From Camelus dromedarius (lineage: Eukaryota): a stretch of DNA of 64,000 nucleotides. Of the stretch, positions 12,191 through 25,182 are shown piece by piece. The stretch lies in contig NC_087436.1 of NCBI RefSeq assembly GCF_036321535.1, forward strand, positions 85,500,001 to 85,564,000, given 5' to 3'. The notes beneath the pieces are model-generated. The model saw only the letters and a program-made list of their open reading frames with translations. It was not told the DNA's origin and made no database searches. A program made the translations under genes and the position numbers. The stretch's first letter is position 1. Every line of letters begins with the position of its first letter.

Positions 12191-14324
12191 TCTGATTTCC
12201 TTACAAACTAGGGCATCATGTCCACAGTTCTACCAAGAATGGGTTGCCGACTATTGCCAAGGAGAGAGAGACTACAGGTTTACATTCAAGATTGTATGGA
12301 GAGCAAGAACAAGCAGTCAAACTGGAGATTGGTAGACAGATTTTGTACACTTATCTCTCCCCAGTCTTTGGCAAATGCTTTACTATATTGCAAGGAACGT
12401 GAGACACAGGGGAAGACTGACAGAAGGTGAGTTAGACTGAAATTGTGCAATTGTTTTGCAGCTCTGGTCCTCTCTGTTGCCACAGCCCAAGCGCATGATG
12501 CGCCATTATGTACAGGTCTCTGCTGCCTGCGGCTCCCCTTTGCTTCTCACCCTATGACTCATGAGATCACTGTGCCTCGTGTGCTAGGAGTTGGATCTTA
12601 AAGCACCAAGGGGAGCTGCTGGTGTGCTGGTGAAGGAGACATGCCAAAGTGACTGTAAGAGAAGACCAGCTACATTAGTGAGCCAGATGCTGTGCTGGGA
12701 ACCTAAGGCAACCAGGACCACGAGAGAGCATCTCTGTCCTCAAATTTCACACCACAATCTGGTGAGTGAGATAGACAAACATGCAGGCGATACCACTGCA
12801 GAGCAACGAGGGCCACACAGGTTTCAGCGTACGGTTCTAGAAGCCACAGCTAACCCTCCTGGAGGTCAGAGACAGGGGTGCCAACGCTGAGAAATAAAGG
12901 TTTAAAAAAGGAGTCAGCCAAAAGAGCAGACGTGTGTGCACATGCATGTACGCACCCCTGTGTGTTTAGTGGGGTGTAGGGTGGGGGCAGGAATGTTGGG
13001 AAGAGACAAGACAAGGAGAATTTGGGAAGTGCTTCTAATGTGAAGATGCACTTCATGGGGTGCTCGGAGGAGAGAAGAGCAAGGCACATTTGAGGAACTC
13101 TTTGCCCAACTGCTGCTGACGCCTCTCTGGTGTCTTCTCAGGGGCTCTGTCAGCGGAAGATACCCTGGTGACCTGAACAGCGATGTGGGAGTTTCCTCCC
13201 CTCCAAAGACCTCGCTGGGAGAGACGAGTCCTTTTTCACTGTGTCTCTCTGGTATTCCTTGCTTCTTGTCTCCCATTCTCCTCCATCACCTCCCTGAGTG
13301 CTTCCACTGCGACCTGAGGCTCGTCAAGGAGTTCTGCAGCCTGTGGGACTTTTAGGGAACAAACTCCCAGCGGTGGGCTTCGTGATGCAGCCACCACCTT
13401 CCTCGCAAGGTGCACCTGTTCGCCAAGCTCGCTGTCCGAGCGTTCTGTTGTGTTCAACCCTGACTTTGGCCCTGGCCCCTAATCCCCAGGGCCTCTTGGC
13501 TGGTTTCCCTCGAAGGAAAGGTTGTTCTTTCAGCTCTTGTGTTCAGAAAAGAAACCAGAGTGCTTTCTTCCTGCAGTTCTGTCTCAGATCCTGATTGAAA
13601 CTGTTTTACAGTCCCCTGAATCCTGACAAGGAAAAACATCCATTACCCACTACTCACAGAAATCTCTCTGAAACAAGAGTCAACCTCCCTTTCTCTCTCT
13701 CTCTCTCCTCTCCCACCCCACTCTCCCCTCTTTCTGTCTCCTTCTCTTTCACTCTCCATCTGTCTCTTCCCTCCTGACCTGCTCCCCCCACCATGAGCAA
13801 AAACTCCCTTGGCCGTCCCACACTTCAACTTTCAAAACTTTTACAACGATCATTCCCAAGTTTCCTAATCTCTCAGCCTTTTCTGTGCAATCCCAGATTT
13901 GTATCTTTCCAAAAGTGTAACTAATATTTATTGAGAAACTAATATATGCCAGATGCTTTCTATATATATGAACTCCTTGAAAAACTTATGGGAAGTAAAT
14001 GTAATTAAATTCCTTTTTTTAATGAGAAAATTGAGAGTCAAAAGTATAAAGTAATTTGCCCAATATCATCAGCTAGAGTGTAACAGAGATTTCAGATCAG
14101 GTCTGCCTCAAAAACCTATGCATTTCCTTTTGTATCTTAAAACTTTTTGCTGATTACAAAATGTTTATGTAGAAAAATTCAAATACAGAAAGAAAAAGAT
14201 GCACGCTCCTATATTCTTATATCCTAACTCACTGTTAATGTTTTATGATTGTTGCCCTGCCTTTATCTTATACAGTTTAAATACATATTTATAAAATTGG
14301 CACATATATATGCACGTGTATGTT

Positions 14325-14752
14325 TTTTTCCAGCTTAACTGAGATATAATTGACATATAACATTGTGTAAAGTTAAGGGGTAGAATGTGATGATTTGATA
14401 TACATACATATTGTGAAATGATTACCACAATAAGGTTAGTTAACACATCTATCACCTCACATAATTGCCTTTTTTGTGGTGAAAATGTTTGATCTCTACT
14501 TTCCCTGCAACTTTCAAGTGTACAATATAGTGTTAACCATAATCATGCTGTGCATTAGATCCGCAGAACTTAGTCGTCCTAAAACTGAAAGTTTGTACCC
14601 TTTGATCAGTATCTCCCCATTTATCCCAACCCCCAGGCCCTGGTAACCACCATTCTAGTCTCTGTTTCTGTGAGTTTGATTTTTTAAAAATCCATATAAA
14701 AGTGATATCATACAATATTTGTCTTTCACTCTGTGACTTATTTCACTTAACA
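14325..14752 (-). mobile_element. L1MA-like 3' end
   Basis: 'gagatataattgacatataacattgtgtaa...ctggtaaccaccattctagtctctgtttctgtgagtt'. Confidence 0.82.
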
Positions 14753-14869
14753 TATATACATATATATTACACATATACACATAATTTTCTACAACAAATA
14801 ATTTTAAGCTAAATTATACCTATTTATACTTTTGTCAGAAGTATATAAAATCATCCTACTGAATCTCTC

Positions 14870-15208
14870 TTTTTTTTTTTTTGCGTGGTTCTCACAGGTA
14901 TGTTTATTCATGCATGAGGGCAGCGGCATGTCCACAAGTCAACGCGATGTCTCACGTTCCCAACCAACACGGCCAGACTGACGTTCTATCCGCATAACTC
15001 TGGTTAATGGTGACCATGAGCAGGTGCAGGACTGGGAGCTTTCAAGGCTTTACTTCTTTTATCAGCACTCCCAATTTTATAAACAATGAAGCCCAACAAC
15101 CCCACTCCTACCCAAATCTCCTGGTAAACTCGGGTATAGTAAGGCTTCATGGGGATCCAGACATTCTTAATAAGGCTTTGAAGCGTCTCAGCGCAGCACC
15201 AGTGGCTC
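14870..15208 (-). pseudogene. ATP5MJ: retrocopy of ATP synthase subunit j / 6.8 kDa proteolipid (ATP5MJ, also ATP5MPL/C14orf2); frame intact, start ATG>ACG
   Basis: 15186->15004 translates (T)[65 protein letters not shown] 14903-14908 (-); poly(A) 14870-14882; TSD ctgaa(t/c)ctct at 14859-14868 and 15209-15218. Confidence 0.95.
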
Positions 15209-15372
15209 CTGAACCTCTTCTAACAATAACTTCTTGAAAAATATTTTGTCACTTGTTTGTTGATAAACAATTGCATTGCTGTTTAGATGTGTAATTTTTG
15301 GACTCCTACTAAACTGAATATTTTTCAAATGTTTATTGATCATTTATATTTCTTAATTTCCTTATTTTTAGA

Positions 15373-15591
15373 GCAAAGATTGGCAACTCCAGCTCACGGG
15401 CCAAATCTGGTCTGCCGTCTGTTTTGATAAATAGCATTTTATCAGGACGCAGCCATGCCCTTTCATTACGTGTTGTCTGTGACAGTTTTCATGCCTTTCC
15501 TTAGAGCTGGTGATTGTGACAGAAACAGTATGGTCTGCAGCACCTAGAAAATTTACCATTTGGACCTTTACAAAAAAGCTTGCCACTCCTG
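15373..15591. mobile_element. MER58A-like hAT-Charlie MITE
   Basis: 'ttggcaac...cacgggccaaatctggtctgcc...ttttgataaata...aaatttaccatttggacctttacaaaaaagcttgcc'. Confidence 0.8.
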
Positions 15592-16239
15592 CTCTAAAGA
15601 ATGACTCCTGTATTGTCAATCTCCTATTCCCTTTATCTTGATTTTTCAATACTTTTCCTGTGAGTCTCAAGTTGATTTTTTTTCCATGCTACTTATCCTC
15701 AGTAAGAGATGTGTCTAGACTAGGTGTCTGTCAGTAACTGGGATGCAGTGATTTCCCTCAAGAGTCCGTGCTGATCACTAGCCTTCTGGCTGAGCGCTTC
15801 TCAGGTCTGCAGAAGAGTGATTGCACATTTAATACCTCATCCCCAGTATCCAGCTGGTGCTTATGTAACCGGCTCTGAGGTTCCAAGAGAGGATTTTCTA
15901 TCTCCATCCGTAGTTTCTTTCTCTGATACAAATCATTCACAGAAAGACCTCATACTTTCCTCTTCCAAGCATTATCTTGGTCTTTTTCCTCTTTCATCCA
16001 CACAGAGACCGCTGCCCATACGGAGGCAGTGTGCTGCAGAAACAGGAAGGACCCTGGAAACATTCAATTCCAGATTTAAATTTGGGGTGGAAACTTCCTA
16101 TTTAGGTAACACTGGTAAAACTGCTTTGCTTCCCTGAGCCTCTGTTTCCTTTTTTATAACCTCACATATTGTTGAGAAGATAAAATAAGGTAAGAGAAAG
16201 ACACTGACACAGCTGGTTTTCCTTCTATTTTTATTTTAA

Positions 16240-16790
16240 TTGGGGAGAAGTACTTCTATGCTCTCATGTCAGCATCTCACCCAGTTTTTTTTTTTTTCAG
16301 TAAAGAGCACCTTGAATTACCTTCTGACAAAGGTCCCTGTACCTTTCATTGAGACCGAAGAATCTGACCTTCATTTTAATGAGTGTTGGTTTTAAGCTTC
16401 TTTTCACGAGTGTCTCTGATAGGCTCTGACTAATTAGATAGGGTCTTCTTTGATGACGTTCCAGAAAACCCTTCTTCAACAAGAACCATCCTCCTGCCTC
16501 CCTTTTGTGTATTCCTTGGAACCTGCTGTCAAACCCTCTCGTCATTCAGTCTTGTCTGACGCAACTTTGTTTTTCTGAGAACCGTGAATGGAGATCCTGC
16601 AGCTTCTGCTTTTCTGTCTGCCTCTGAAGGTCTCATCTCTCTCATTTATCTCCTTGAGCTTAGAGATTTCATATCCTTCTTTATTCCTCTTATTTTGTGG
16701 CCATTGATTGAACTTCATAGCCCAGTGGTAGTCCTTGGCCTGGAGAATCACGTGGCGTCCTCCAATCTTTTGTAAATGCTATAGCCATTT
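16240..16790 (-). mobile_element. highly decayed L1/HAL1 ORF1-like segment
   Basis: purine-rich minus strand with weak resemblance to ORF1 motifs (RRSNI..GVPE, IEENFPE, IRL..DFS regions). Confidence 0.3.
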
Positions 16791-16802
16791 TATTGGAGTG
16801 TT

Positions 16803-17222
16803 CAAAATTTCCCCCTACTATTGGAAAGTCGAGGTTCCTATGAAACGTTTCCTAAGCTGAAATGGCATAAAGAAGCAATTACCTTAGAATACGTCTTGCT
16901 AACGGAGGCACAGAGATGAAACACCGATGCTCACAGACACAGCTCAGAGCTATGGCAGCTGGGTGCTGAGATGCTGAGTGTAGATCCTGGGGAGGGAGCT
17001 TGGCGGTGCTGCTCTCACTGCTCAGGTGCACGCTGCCTCTATAACGGCTGTTGCAAAACCAACGCCGAATGGTCTTTTCACTTTTTGCCTTTTTTATTTT
17101 TTTTGTAATACTGAAAATCCTTTGTGGATTTCTTTTGGTTAAATAAAGCAGATACTAATGTAGGTCTTCCATAAAAGCCAAGTGGAGTAAAGTGAACTCT
17201 CAGAAAGCAGGGGATCCCTGTA
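16803..17222. mobile_element. TcMar-Tigger-type non-autonomous DNA transposon
   Basis: imperfect terminal inverted repeats (tttccccctacta...gaaag / ctctcagaaagcaggggatccctg-ta); recognisable internal sequence. Confidence 0.7.
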
Positions 17223-19149
17223 CCTGAATAAAAGCCAGGGCTCTGTCCACCAAAACACTTGGGATTCTAGCGTGGTCATAGCCTCCCTGGGAAAGGCCAT
17301 CTTTCCAGCTTCCTGAAATGGGTTTTAGTGTGTCTTCTAGTCTTCCATCCAACTTCTCCAAGCTAGAATCTTAAACTGTGTGGGTCCTTCCCTTTGTGAT
17401 CAAGGGCATTGAGTGCATTTGGGAAAGCTGACCCACAGTCCCTGACCCTGGATTACAAAGATATTGTAAAGGTGAAACTTACGTACTGGAGGATTTCCAA
17501 AGCAATATGGAAGGTCCATTCTTTCTTGGCCAGTCTTGTTGATTTTTCAGGAAAATGAGCCATTACCACAACCTTTCTCATCCATGCCATTATTTGCTAA
17601 CTCTCTGTCCCTTTCAAGAGTTAAATACTCAGAGTTTTATCTCCTGAAGTGGCCCATATCAGGCTATGGAGTACTTTTTGTTTCATCTCAACTACCTTCA
17701 GGAAAATGACCCATGACACTACCCTCAGAGGCATTCTTTTTTCTTGTAAGTCCTATTGTTCTCAATTACTTTAAAGTTAGTAACTAGTGGAAGATTATTT
17801 TACAGCTTCTGTGAACAGCATCTTAGCTATGGAAAGGCTTTTAAACATAGTCATGGCTTCCTTTTTTTTCATCTCTAGAGCTGCCCTTCTGTTTTCTGAA
17901 GTTACTTTAAGGATCATCTTTCAGAAGGAAAACAACCTGGCATATAAACCACTTCTGAGCCTGTTTATCCAGCATGAAGAGTGAGGACACTAATAGGCAT
18001 GAAAAAACAATTTCATGGGTATTAAGCTGTCGTTTCAGGCTTCACCTTCAAGGAATCAGTGTCTTGGGCTGCCGCTGAAAAGGAGATGCTGAGGCCAGAG
18101 CCTCTGGGGAAGATAAGAGGCTAGACTGAATATTACAGAATTTGTTTTCTGAAGAAATATTTAGAAACATCTACCCTTCACTTTTCATCTTTTCACCTGC
18201 ACACCTGATTAAACATCTATAAAAGTAAGTGCAAAGCTGCATAACCACCACAGTGAGGACTAGAGACAACTGTAGTTCCTGGAGAAGGGAGTGAATTGAG
18301 GCGGGAGACAAATGGGGCAGCCAGAGATGTGTCTCCAGAGAAGCCTGAGAGGATCATTCTGGAAACTCCCCAGTCTCTGGACTAGGCCAGGAAGGTTCAA
18401 GCTGGGCCAAGAACTCATAAATACCACTGGTAAGTGAGTGAATCATTTAATGAATGAGGAAACTATGCACGGGCCTCAGGGTTAAAGGTTAATGGGCAGG
18501 GTTTCAAAAACAATTTCATTAGGCACTAATAGATTACAACTAACATCTTGTGTCCCCACATTAAAGCAAGAGACTGGTTCAAATGAACTAATGCATCTTG
18601 GATTTCAAAATTATAAAAAAAAAAAAAGACATGAATAGGAGGCTGAGGAAAGCTGAAATCTTAAGATAGAAATAAAAGAACCGCAGACTATGTGGCATAC
18701 AGTAGATATTGGGAAGTGAGTTGCATCTATGTTGATCTTCCTGAAGAGACAGTGGTTCTGTAGATAGTGGTTCAGGGAAGGAGCTTGTCTTTGTCTTTCT
18801 GTTCCTCACAGGGGGGTAGTTCAATAAATAAGAGTTGTATCCAACTCAGCTCAATGTTACATTTGCACTATGGTTGTACATCGTATATGCAGAAAAGAAA
18901 CCAGTGAAATTGTTCACAGTGCTGAGAATGCCCTATAATGGATTTAACTCACCTGTACCTTCAAATTGAGAAAGAAAGGGGGAAAAATGAGGCACCCGTT
19001 GCTTAATAAAATTAAGGTATATATTTTAAACACCTGGAAAGAAATCCAACTGTTTTGTTGTACTCCCAAAATCAAGTGGAATGAAAATGAACTGCCAACC
19101 ACCACCACCAGTAGCAACACTAGTAGCAAACGCTCAAGAGTAGAGACAC

Positions 19150-19330
19150 TCTTCCAAATATTTTACATATGAATGTATTTAATCCTCATGAAACTCTGTA
19201 AGATAGGTACTACAGTGGTCTTCATTTTATAGAGAAAGAAACTGAGACATGGATAGGTTACGTTGCTTCCCGAGGTCATAGAACCAGTGAGTGACAGAAC
19301 CTAGATTTGAATCAATACACTTAAGCTCTT
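19150..19330 (-). mobile_element. MIR SINE
   Basis: 'tttaatcctcat...cattttatagagaaagaaactgagac...gaggtcatag...agatttgaa'. Confidence 0.75.
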
Positions 19331-20099
19331 GACTCTGTGCTGTGGACCCTCACTTTACTGCTCTACTCTGGTGCTGGGACATGACCTGGAATAATGTTGG
19401 GAAAAAATGCTATAGAGAACATTACTAGTTACTTAATAGATAGAGAGCATTTCATTCCATCTTGAGTATTAAGGGAAGCCTTTCTAAAGGAGGCATGATG
19501 CGAGTCAAAAGATTAGTTGGATTTCAGCAAGTGGAGAAGGAAAGAGGCCATGATGGATGGGGTGGGTCTGCACAGCTGGATAGAGGAGATGAAGGAGGGT
19601 GTTTCAGATGGGAGAAAGGAATGAGAAAGAATATGGAGGAAGAGTGGCTCACGGCCATTGGGGGAAGTAGTGGATACACTAGTCTGGCTGGAGAAGACAA
19701 GCATAGCACTGACGCAGGAGATAAAACTGGAAAGATATAGATGATGGAAGGATGCACTTGCTCCCTTAAGGCGATGGGATGCTATGGAAACTTCTGAGCT
19801 AGTAAATGGCATGGATAGAAAATCTTTCTGGCTTCCTCTAGATGGAAAATGGGCCTCCAGACTTGGAAAACCATCCTGTCCAAGGACTGAATTTAGTTAG
19901 GAGTTATACTCAAATAAATATAGAGCATGGGTTTCAAAGGACAATTACACTATTTTGTTTACTTTCCTTTTTCATATGAAAATACTATTGTAGGTCCTGA
20001 GAGGATATTAATGATTCAAGCAAACACAAATAGCCCTGTCCTCATGCAGTGGGAGAAGACATAGTGCACAAGAGAAAATAACTAAGAAGAATGTAAGAA

Positions 20100-20320
20100 C
20101 ATTGTTACTTTATTGCATATTTGAAAGGTGCTAAGACAGGAGATCCTAAAAGTTCTCATCACAAGAAAAAAATGTGTTTAACGAGATAAGGTGATTGACG
20201 TTAACTAGACTTATATAGTGTTGATCATTTTGCAATGGGTACAAATACCAAATCATTATGTTGTACACCTGAAACTAATTAATGTTATATGTCAATTATA
20301 GCTTAGTTTTTTTTAAAAAA
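20100..20320 (+). mobile_element. L1MA-like 3' end
   Basis: 'tttgaaaggtgctaagac...aaatcattatgttgtacacctgaaactaat...gtcaattata'. Confidence 0.75.
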
Positions 20321-20445
20321 GAATGAATTATGTGAATGCTCACATTTGTGTGCCAAGTTTCTGGATAATGACACAGACTTGTAAGAATCTTAGTAAGAAT
20401 TATTAGTAAGAATCCCCCTTCAATAAACCTTATGAGAAAGACCAC

Positions 20446-20600
20446 TCTACTGACTATAGTATAAAAAAAAATTTATATATATATATTTTTATATGTATAT
20501 AGTCTACTGACTATAGTATAAAAATATATATATATAAAATATAAATATATAAATATAAAAAATATATATAAAATATATATTTATAAAATATTAAATAATG
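20446..20600. repeat. AT-rich low-complexity tract with a 22-bp direct duplication
   Basis: tctactgactatagtataaaaa at 20446-20467 and 20503-20524. Confidence 0.85.
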
Positions 20601-22200
20601 ACAAAAGGAAGAGAGAAAACAATAAGAATGGGAGGGGGATAAGAACAGGAGGGTATTGAATTTTGGACAAGATTTCCAGGGAAAAACCTGTCTAAGAAGG
20701 TGACTTTTGAGTAAATACTGAAAGGAGTTGAGGAGGGAACCATGTGGATATCTGGAGGAAGAGCTCTCTAGAAAGAGGGAAGAGCAAGTGCAAAGGTCCT
20801 GAGGTGAAAGCATGCCTAGAATATCTGAGGAAGGAGGTGGAGCAGCCGGAGTAGAGGGAGTAAGGGTGTAATTAACAGAAGGTAAAGTGGGTGAGGCAAG
20901 TGAGAGGTAGATCACAAGGGCCCACCTAGGTCATAATAAGGACTTAGCTTTTACTCTGAGGCCACTGTGGTTTTGGAGGATTGACACAATCTGATTAATG
21001 TTTTAGTGGAATCAGTGTGGTTAGCATGTTGAGACTAGGCCATGAAGATGAGCATGGGATAGGAGACAAAGGCATAAACAAGAAGACCTCTTAGAGTTTC
21101 CATATGATCCAGCAATCCCACTCCTGGGCACATATCCAGAGAAAACTCTAACTCAAAAAGACACATGCACCCCAATGTTCACAGCAGCACTATTTACAAC
21201 AGACAAAATATGGGAGCAACCTAAGTGCCTATTAACAGATGACTGGATAAGTAAGTTGTAGTGTGTGTATATATATATACTAACTACTATATATAAAATA
21301 AATAAACAACAAGATCCTACTGTTTAGCACAGGGAACTATATTCAACATCTTGTAATAGCCTACAATGAAAAAGAATATGAAAAAATATATATATATAAC
21401 TGAATCACTATGGTGTACACCAGAAACTAACACAGTATTGTAAATCAACTATACTTCAATGAAAAAAAAGACGTCTTAAGAGTCAGGTAGTAGCAGTGGA
21501 GTGGGGGTTCAGTTTTGAATATATTTGTAAGGTTAGAGCCTATAGAATTTTCTGATAGACAAGATGTGAAGTGCAGCAGAAAGAGGAGTCAGGAAAAGCA
21601 TGATGGATTTGCCCAAGTGACTAGATAATTGGAGGAAAGACATTTGGATTATTCTTTTTGGTAGTAGGAGATGGAGAGCTATCAGGGGCTCAGTTTTAGA
21701 TGGGATAGGTTGGAGAGTTCTTTTCAACATTCAAGTAGAAATATCAGCTGGAAAATAGATGTAAGATCTGGGGCTCGGGGAAGGGGTTTAGGCTGGACAC
21801 ATACACATGGGAGTCACAGCACATGGATGGTATTAAAGCCATAAATGGGATGAGCTCACCTAGGGTGTGAGCATCCACAGAAAAGACCCACGTATGGATC
21901 CCTGGGCACTGAACATTCAGAAGGGGAGGCTGAGGAGAACCAGCAAAAGAATCCGAGAAAGAAGGCCAGTAAGGTGGGAGGAAAACGAAATGTGATGTTC
22001 CAAAAGATAAGGAAAGGGTTTCAAGGAGAAGAATCTCATCAACTGGATCGATGCTTCTGATAGAGCAAGTCAGATGAGGGCAGAGAGATGAGCGCTGGAC
22101 TCAGCAACGTGGAGCCCTTGTGACACTGGGAAGAGCAGCAAAGGTCAAAAGCAGAGAGCGTGCTGAGTGGGCTGAGAGGCTGCACCGCCTGCGTTGTTTT
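20600..22200 (-). mobile_element. L2 LINE interrupted by an L1
   Basis: 'aaggtgacttttgag...gaaccatgtggatatctgg...caagtgcaaaggtcctgagg...ggacttagcttttactctgag' and its continuation after 21480. Confidence 0.8.
21097..21467 (+). mobile_element. young L1 3' end with internal deletion, inserted in L2
   Basis: 'ccatatgatccagcaatcccactcctgggcacatatccagag...gtaaatcaactatacttcaat' + A tail; TSD aagac(c/g)tctta at ~21083 and ~21468. Confidence 0.87.
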
Positions 22201-22451
22201 AGCAATGCCATTCTCTTGGCTTGGCATCTTCTTAGGTGAGTACCTGGTGAAGAAAATGCCCCTTTTAGAAATAGTGCTTCCATAGTGTTCTGCCTTTGCA
22301 TGGCCTCTATCATGTGTTCATTTGAGGATTCAAGTAAGGTTTTATTGTTGTTGCTGCCAGTAAACTCATATTGATTGAAGCCGCCTTTGGGCAAAGGCGT
22401 GGTGCTGGGATGGGGGGTGGAGGGAATTCAGAGAAGCAGAGATAGTACTCC

Positions 22452-22630
22452 AGTGGTTGCTCTGGTGCCTATCGCAGTTCCCCTTTCTTCACTCTGGAAA
22501 TGTGCTTCGCTGCGGTGTGGACAGAGCTGAGGTTCCCTCACCCCCAGCAGAGAGTGAGCAGGTGACCTAGGCTTGGCCAACCAGAGTGCTGCCTTTCCTC
22601 TGCCGCAGCGCTTGGTTCAAGGGTCACAGC
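22452..22630 (+). mobile_element. old MaLR (MLT1K/L-like) LTR fragment
   Basis: 'caggtgacctaggcttggccaaccagag...ttggttcaaggg'. Confidence 0.45.
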
Positions 22631-23100
22631 CACCATCACCCCAAAAGCTCCGCCCCGCAGCACCTGCACCAACAGTGTGCCTGGCTTGCGGAGGACCGCG
22701 CGGTGAGTGGCTGGAATGGGGGAAGTTTTCAGCTTCCCCACGAGGCCCCAGACTGGCAGTGTCCCTGAGGCAGAAGGCCGCGAGCCCTCCAGCGGGCAAA
22801 TGGCAGGCTCCATCAGCAAGTGGGAAGTTGTGACTGGAGAGAGATCCCTGGCAGAAGGGCAAGTCACACCGGGAACCTCCCTTTCCGACTTGGCCCCCCA
22901 CAGCTGACTCGGTCCTTCGTTGGAGCGACCTGGAGGACGGCCTGGCTGTTTTGCATTATCAGCACCTTTTACAAAGCCGCATGATAAATGACGGCCTGTT
23001 TCCTCACTGCTGTTTTCCAGCGCACCACAAAAGGACATCACACTCAGCAGTCATGCTGGGCCAGAGCTCCCCCCGCCCGCACCCCCCACCCCCCATGGAT
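22600..23100. promoter_or_regulatory. GC/CpG-enriched unique segment, candidate cis-regulatory element
   Basis: elevated CpG, GC box (ccgccc), CTCF-like CCTCCAGCGGGCA at 22786-22798, C-tracts at 23069-23094. Confidence 0.35.
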
Positions 23101-23899
23101 AAGGTTCTCCCCAGAGCATGATTGATCACAGGAATGGCAGGACTCCAGCTGAAGTTGGGGAGAGAGGAAGGATGGGCAGTGGGATTAAAGTGGATGGAAA
23201 AGTTAAAAGACTGAGAAATTTTTATTTTTGCAACGTGCCCCTCTGCTAACCATTATTTCAAAGCTTCCTGAATGGAAACGAATCAGGAAACAGCAGTGGG
23301 ACTAGTAAAATCGTACTGGGGAACAGCTGGGGATAGCATTGGTGATCATTAATAATACCACTATAGTGTGGGACCGCTGGTCATACATCAGCTTGGCTAA
23401 TACCCTTTTTTCTCCCGACGTCCCCAAGTTTATTTATTTATTTATTTTTTGGGCAATGAGAGTGTAAGTCAAAAAGTTAGATGACTTGCCCAAGGTCATC
23501 CACGCTGGATCAAGAGAGAGCAAGAAGTTAAAAGTATGTTCTTGTAATTTCGTTTCTTTACGCCCCCTGGACTGGATGGGCTCAGAGTTCCCGGCTGTGC
23601 CCTTCTGTTACCCTCTCTGCCTGGGGGGCTTCGACTCATTCTGTCTCAGCTAACAGGGCTAACAATGTTTCTTTCCACACTAAGCCAGAAGATGAATGTC
23701 CTAGAACTAATCCCCACTGCTTTTTCTGGCAATTGACCTGGTTGACCTGGCCTGAAAATTGCCTTAAGCAAAAGCACTTCAGACCTTAAAGAACTTATTT
23801 TCTTTTATTCTCCTCTCCTTCCTTTGTGGTAGGAGCTTTTGTCCACCTGGTCTTCAGTTTAAAAAAAGATACACATTGATTTGAGCTTCTCTTTCTGCT

Positions 23900-24300
23900 C
23901 ATTTGCTCATTCATTCATTCATTCATTCATAACTGAATTTATAAAGCATCAGTATTTATTGAGCACTTACTATGGGTCAGTGCCATGCTAAGTTCGGGAA
24001 GGACAGTGGCCCCACCTAATTAGGGGGTTCAGAAATTTCTCCTGGAGGAGGGACTGATGAGCTGGGACTTGAAGGATGAGCAAGGTTTAGCCAGGGGAAG
24101 AGGGGGCCAGAAGAGTATTCCAGGATGACAGGTACACACACCGGGAGGCAATAGGAAGCAGGACCCCTCAGAGAAATGCCCAGGTGTTCATTTAGCAAGA
24201 AGGAAGATTTGGAAAGATAGACTATAGGTGCATGAAGGCTGTTAAGGTGCATTGACTTTTTCCCCCAAACAGTAGGAAACTGGGAGGGTTTTAAACACAC
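23900..24300 (-). mobile_element. L2 3' end
   Basis: (attc)n tail, 'tatttattgagcacttactatg...gtgccatgctaag'. Confidence 0.75.
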
Positions 24301-24818
24301 ATGCTCCATCTCTCTCTCTCACCCTAGAACCCTAATGGCTATGGGAGAAAATCAAATGTTTTTTGATAAATACCTGAGTTCCCAGCCCCGGTCACACCCA
24401 CGCCTCTTTACCCGGGAGTGTGAATTCCCCCCAGGACCTCTGACTACAGTAAGCAGCCTGCCTTGGTGGAGAGAGGAGGGGGAAGTCCTGAGAGGTACTG
24501 ATCCATCCCTTGGTGAGATCTAATTTTAAGAGTGGCCCCGACCAGAAAATGGTTAAGAGAACTCCAGTGACCAAGGCGATCTGAGGAAGGGGATTAGAGG
24601 GACAAGCACGGCCGGGAAGGAACAATCCTAGAATTCTGTGATCCACGGCCAAATTCCACAAGTGCTTCAGAAGGAACCAGGCCACACTCATAACTGCTGG
24701 GGAATCAAAACACAACAACCCTCCTTGTCTCCTGCTGACTTGTTTTGGGTGTGCCCTTGAGATTCCAGCCCTGATTCTCCACTCAGGGAGTGGTATCTTG
24801 GAACATGCTCCTTTTCTT

Positions 24819-25182
24819 TTTCTTTTTCTTTTTCTTTTTTTTATAGAAGTATAGTCAATTTCTGGTGTACAGCATAATGTTTCAGTCTTACATATACATA
24901 CATATGTTCCTCTTCATATTCTTTTTCATTATAGGCTATTACAAGGTATGAATATAGTTTCCTGTGCTATACAGTAGGACCTTGTTGTTTATCTATTTTG
25001 TATATAGTTGTTAGTATCTGTAAATCTCGAACTCCCAATTTATCCCTTCCCGTCCCTTTTCTCCCCTGGTAACGGTAAGTTTGCTTTCTATATCTGTGAG
25101 TCTGTTTCTGTTTTGTAAATAAGTTCATTTGTGTCTATTTTTTTTCCAATTCCACATGTAAGGGATATCATATGGTATATTT
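24819..25182 (-). mobile_element. young L1 3' end with TSD
   Basis: T-rich tail, 'gaagtatagtcaatttctggtgtacagcataatg'; TSD ctccttttctt at ~24808 and ~25183. Confidence 0.88.

Noticed and set aside
15007..15237. 76-aa ORF (+)
   Set aside because: Antisense shadow of the ATP5MJ retrocopy
22538..23041. 167-aa ORF (-) and overlapping ORFs
   Set aside because: No recognisable domain; expected in GC-rich sequence; overlaps an LTR fragment
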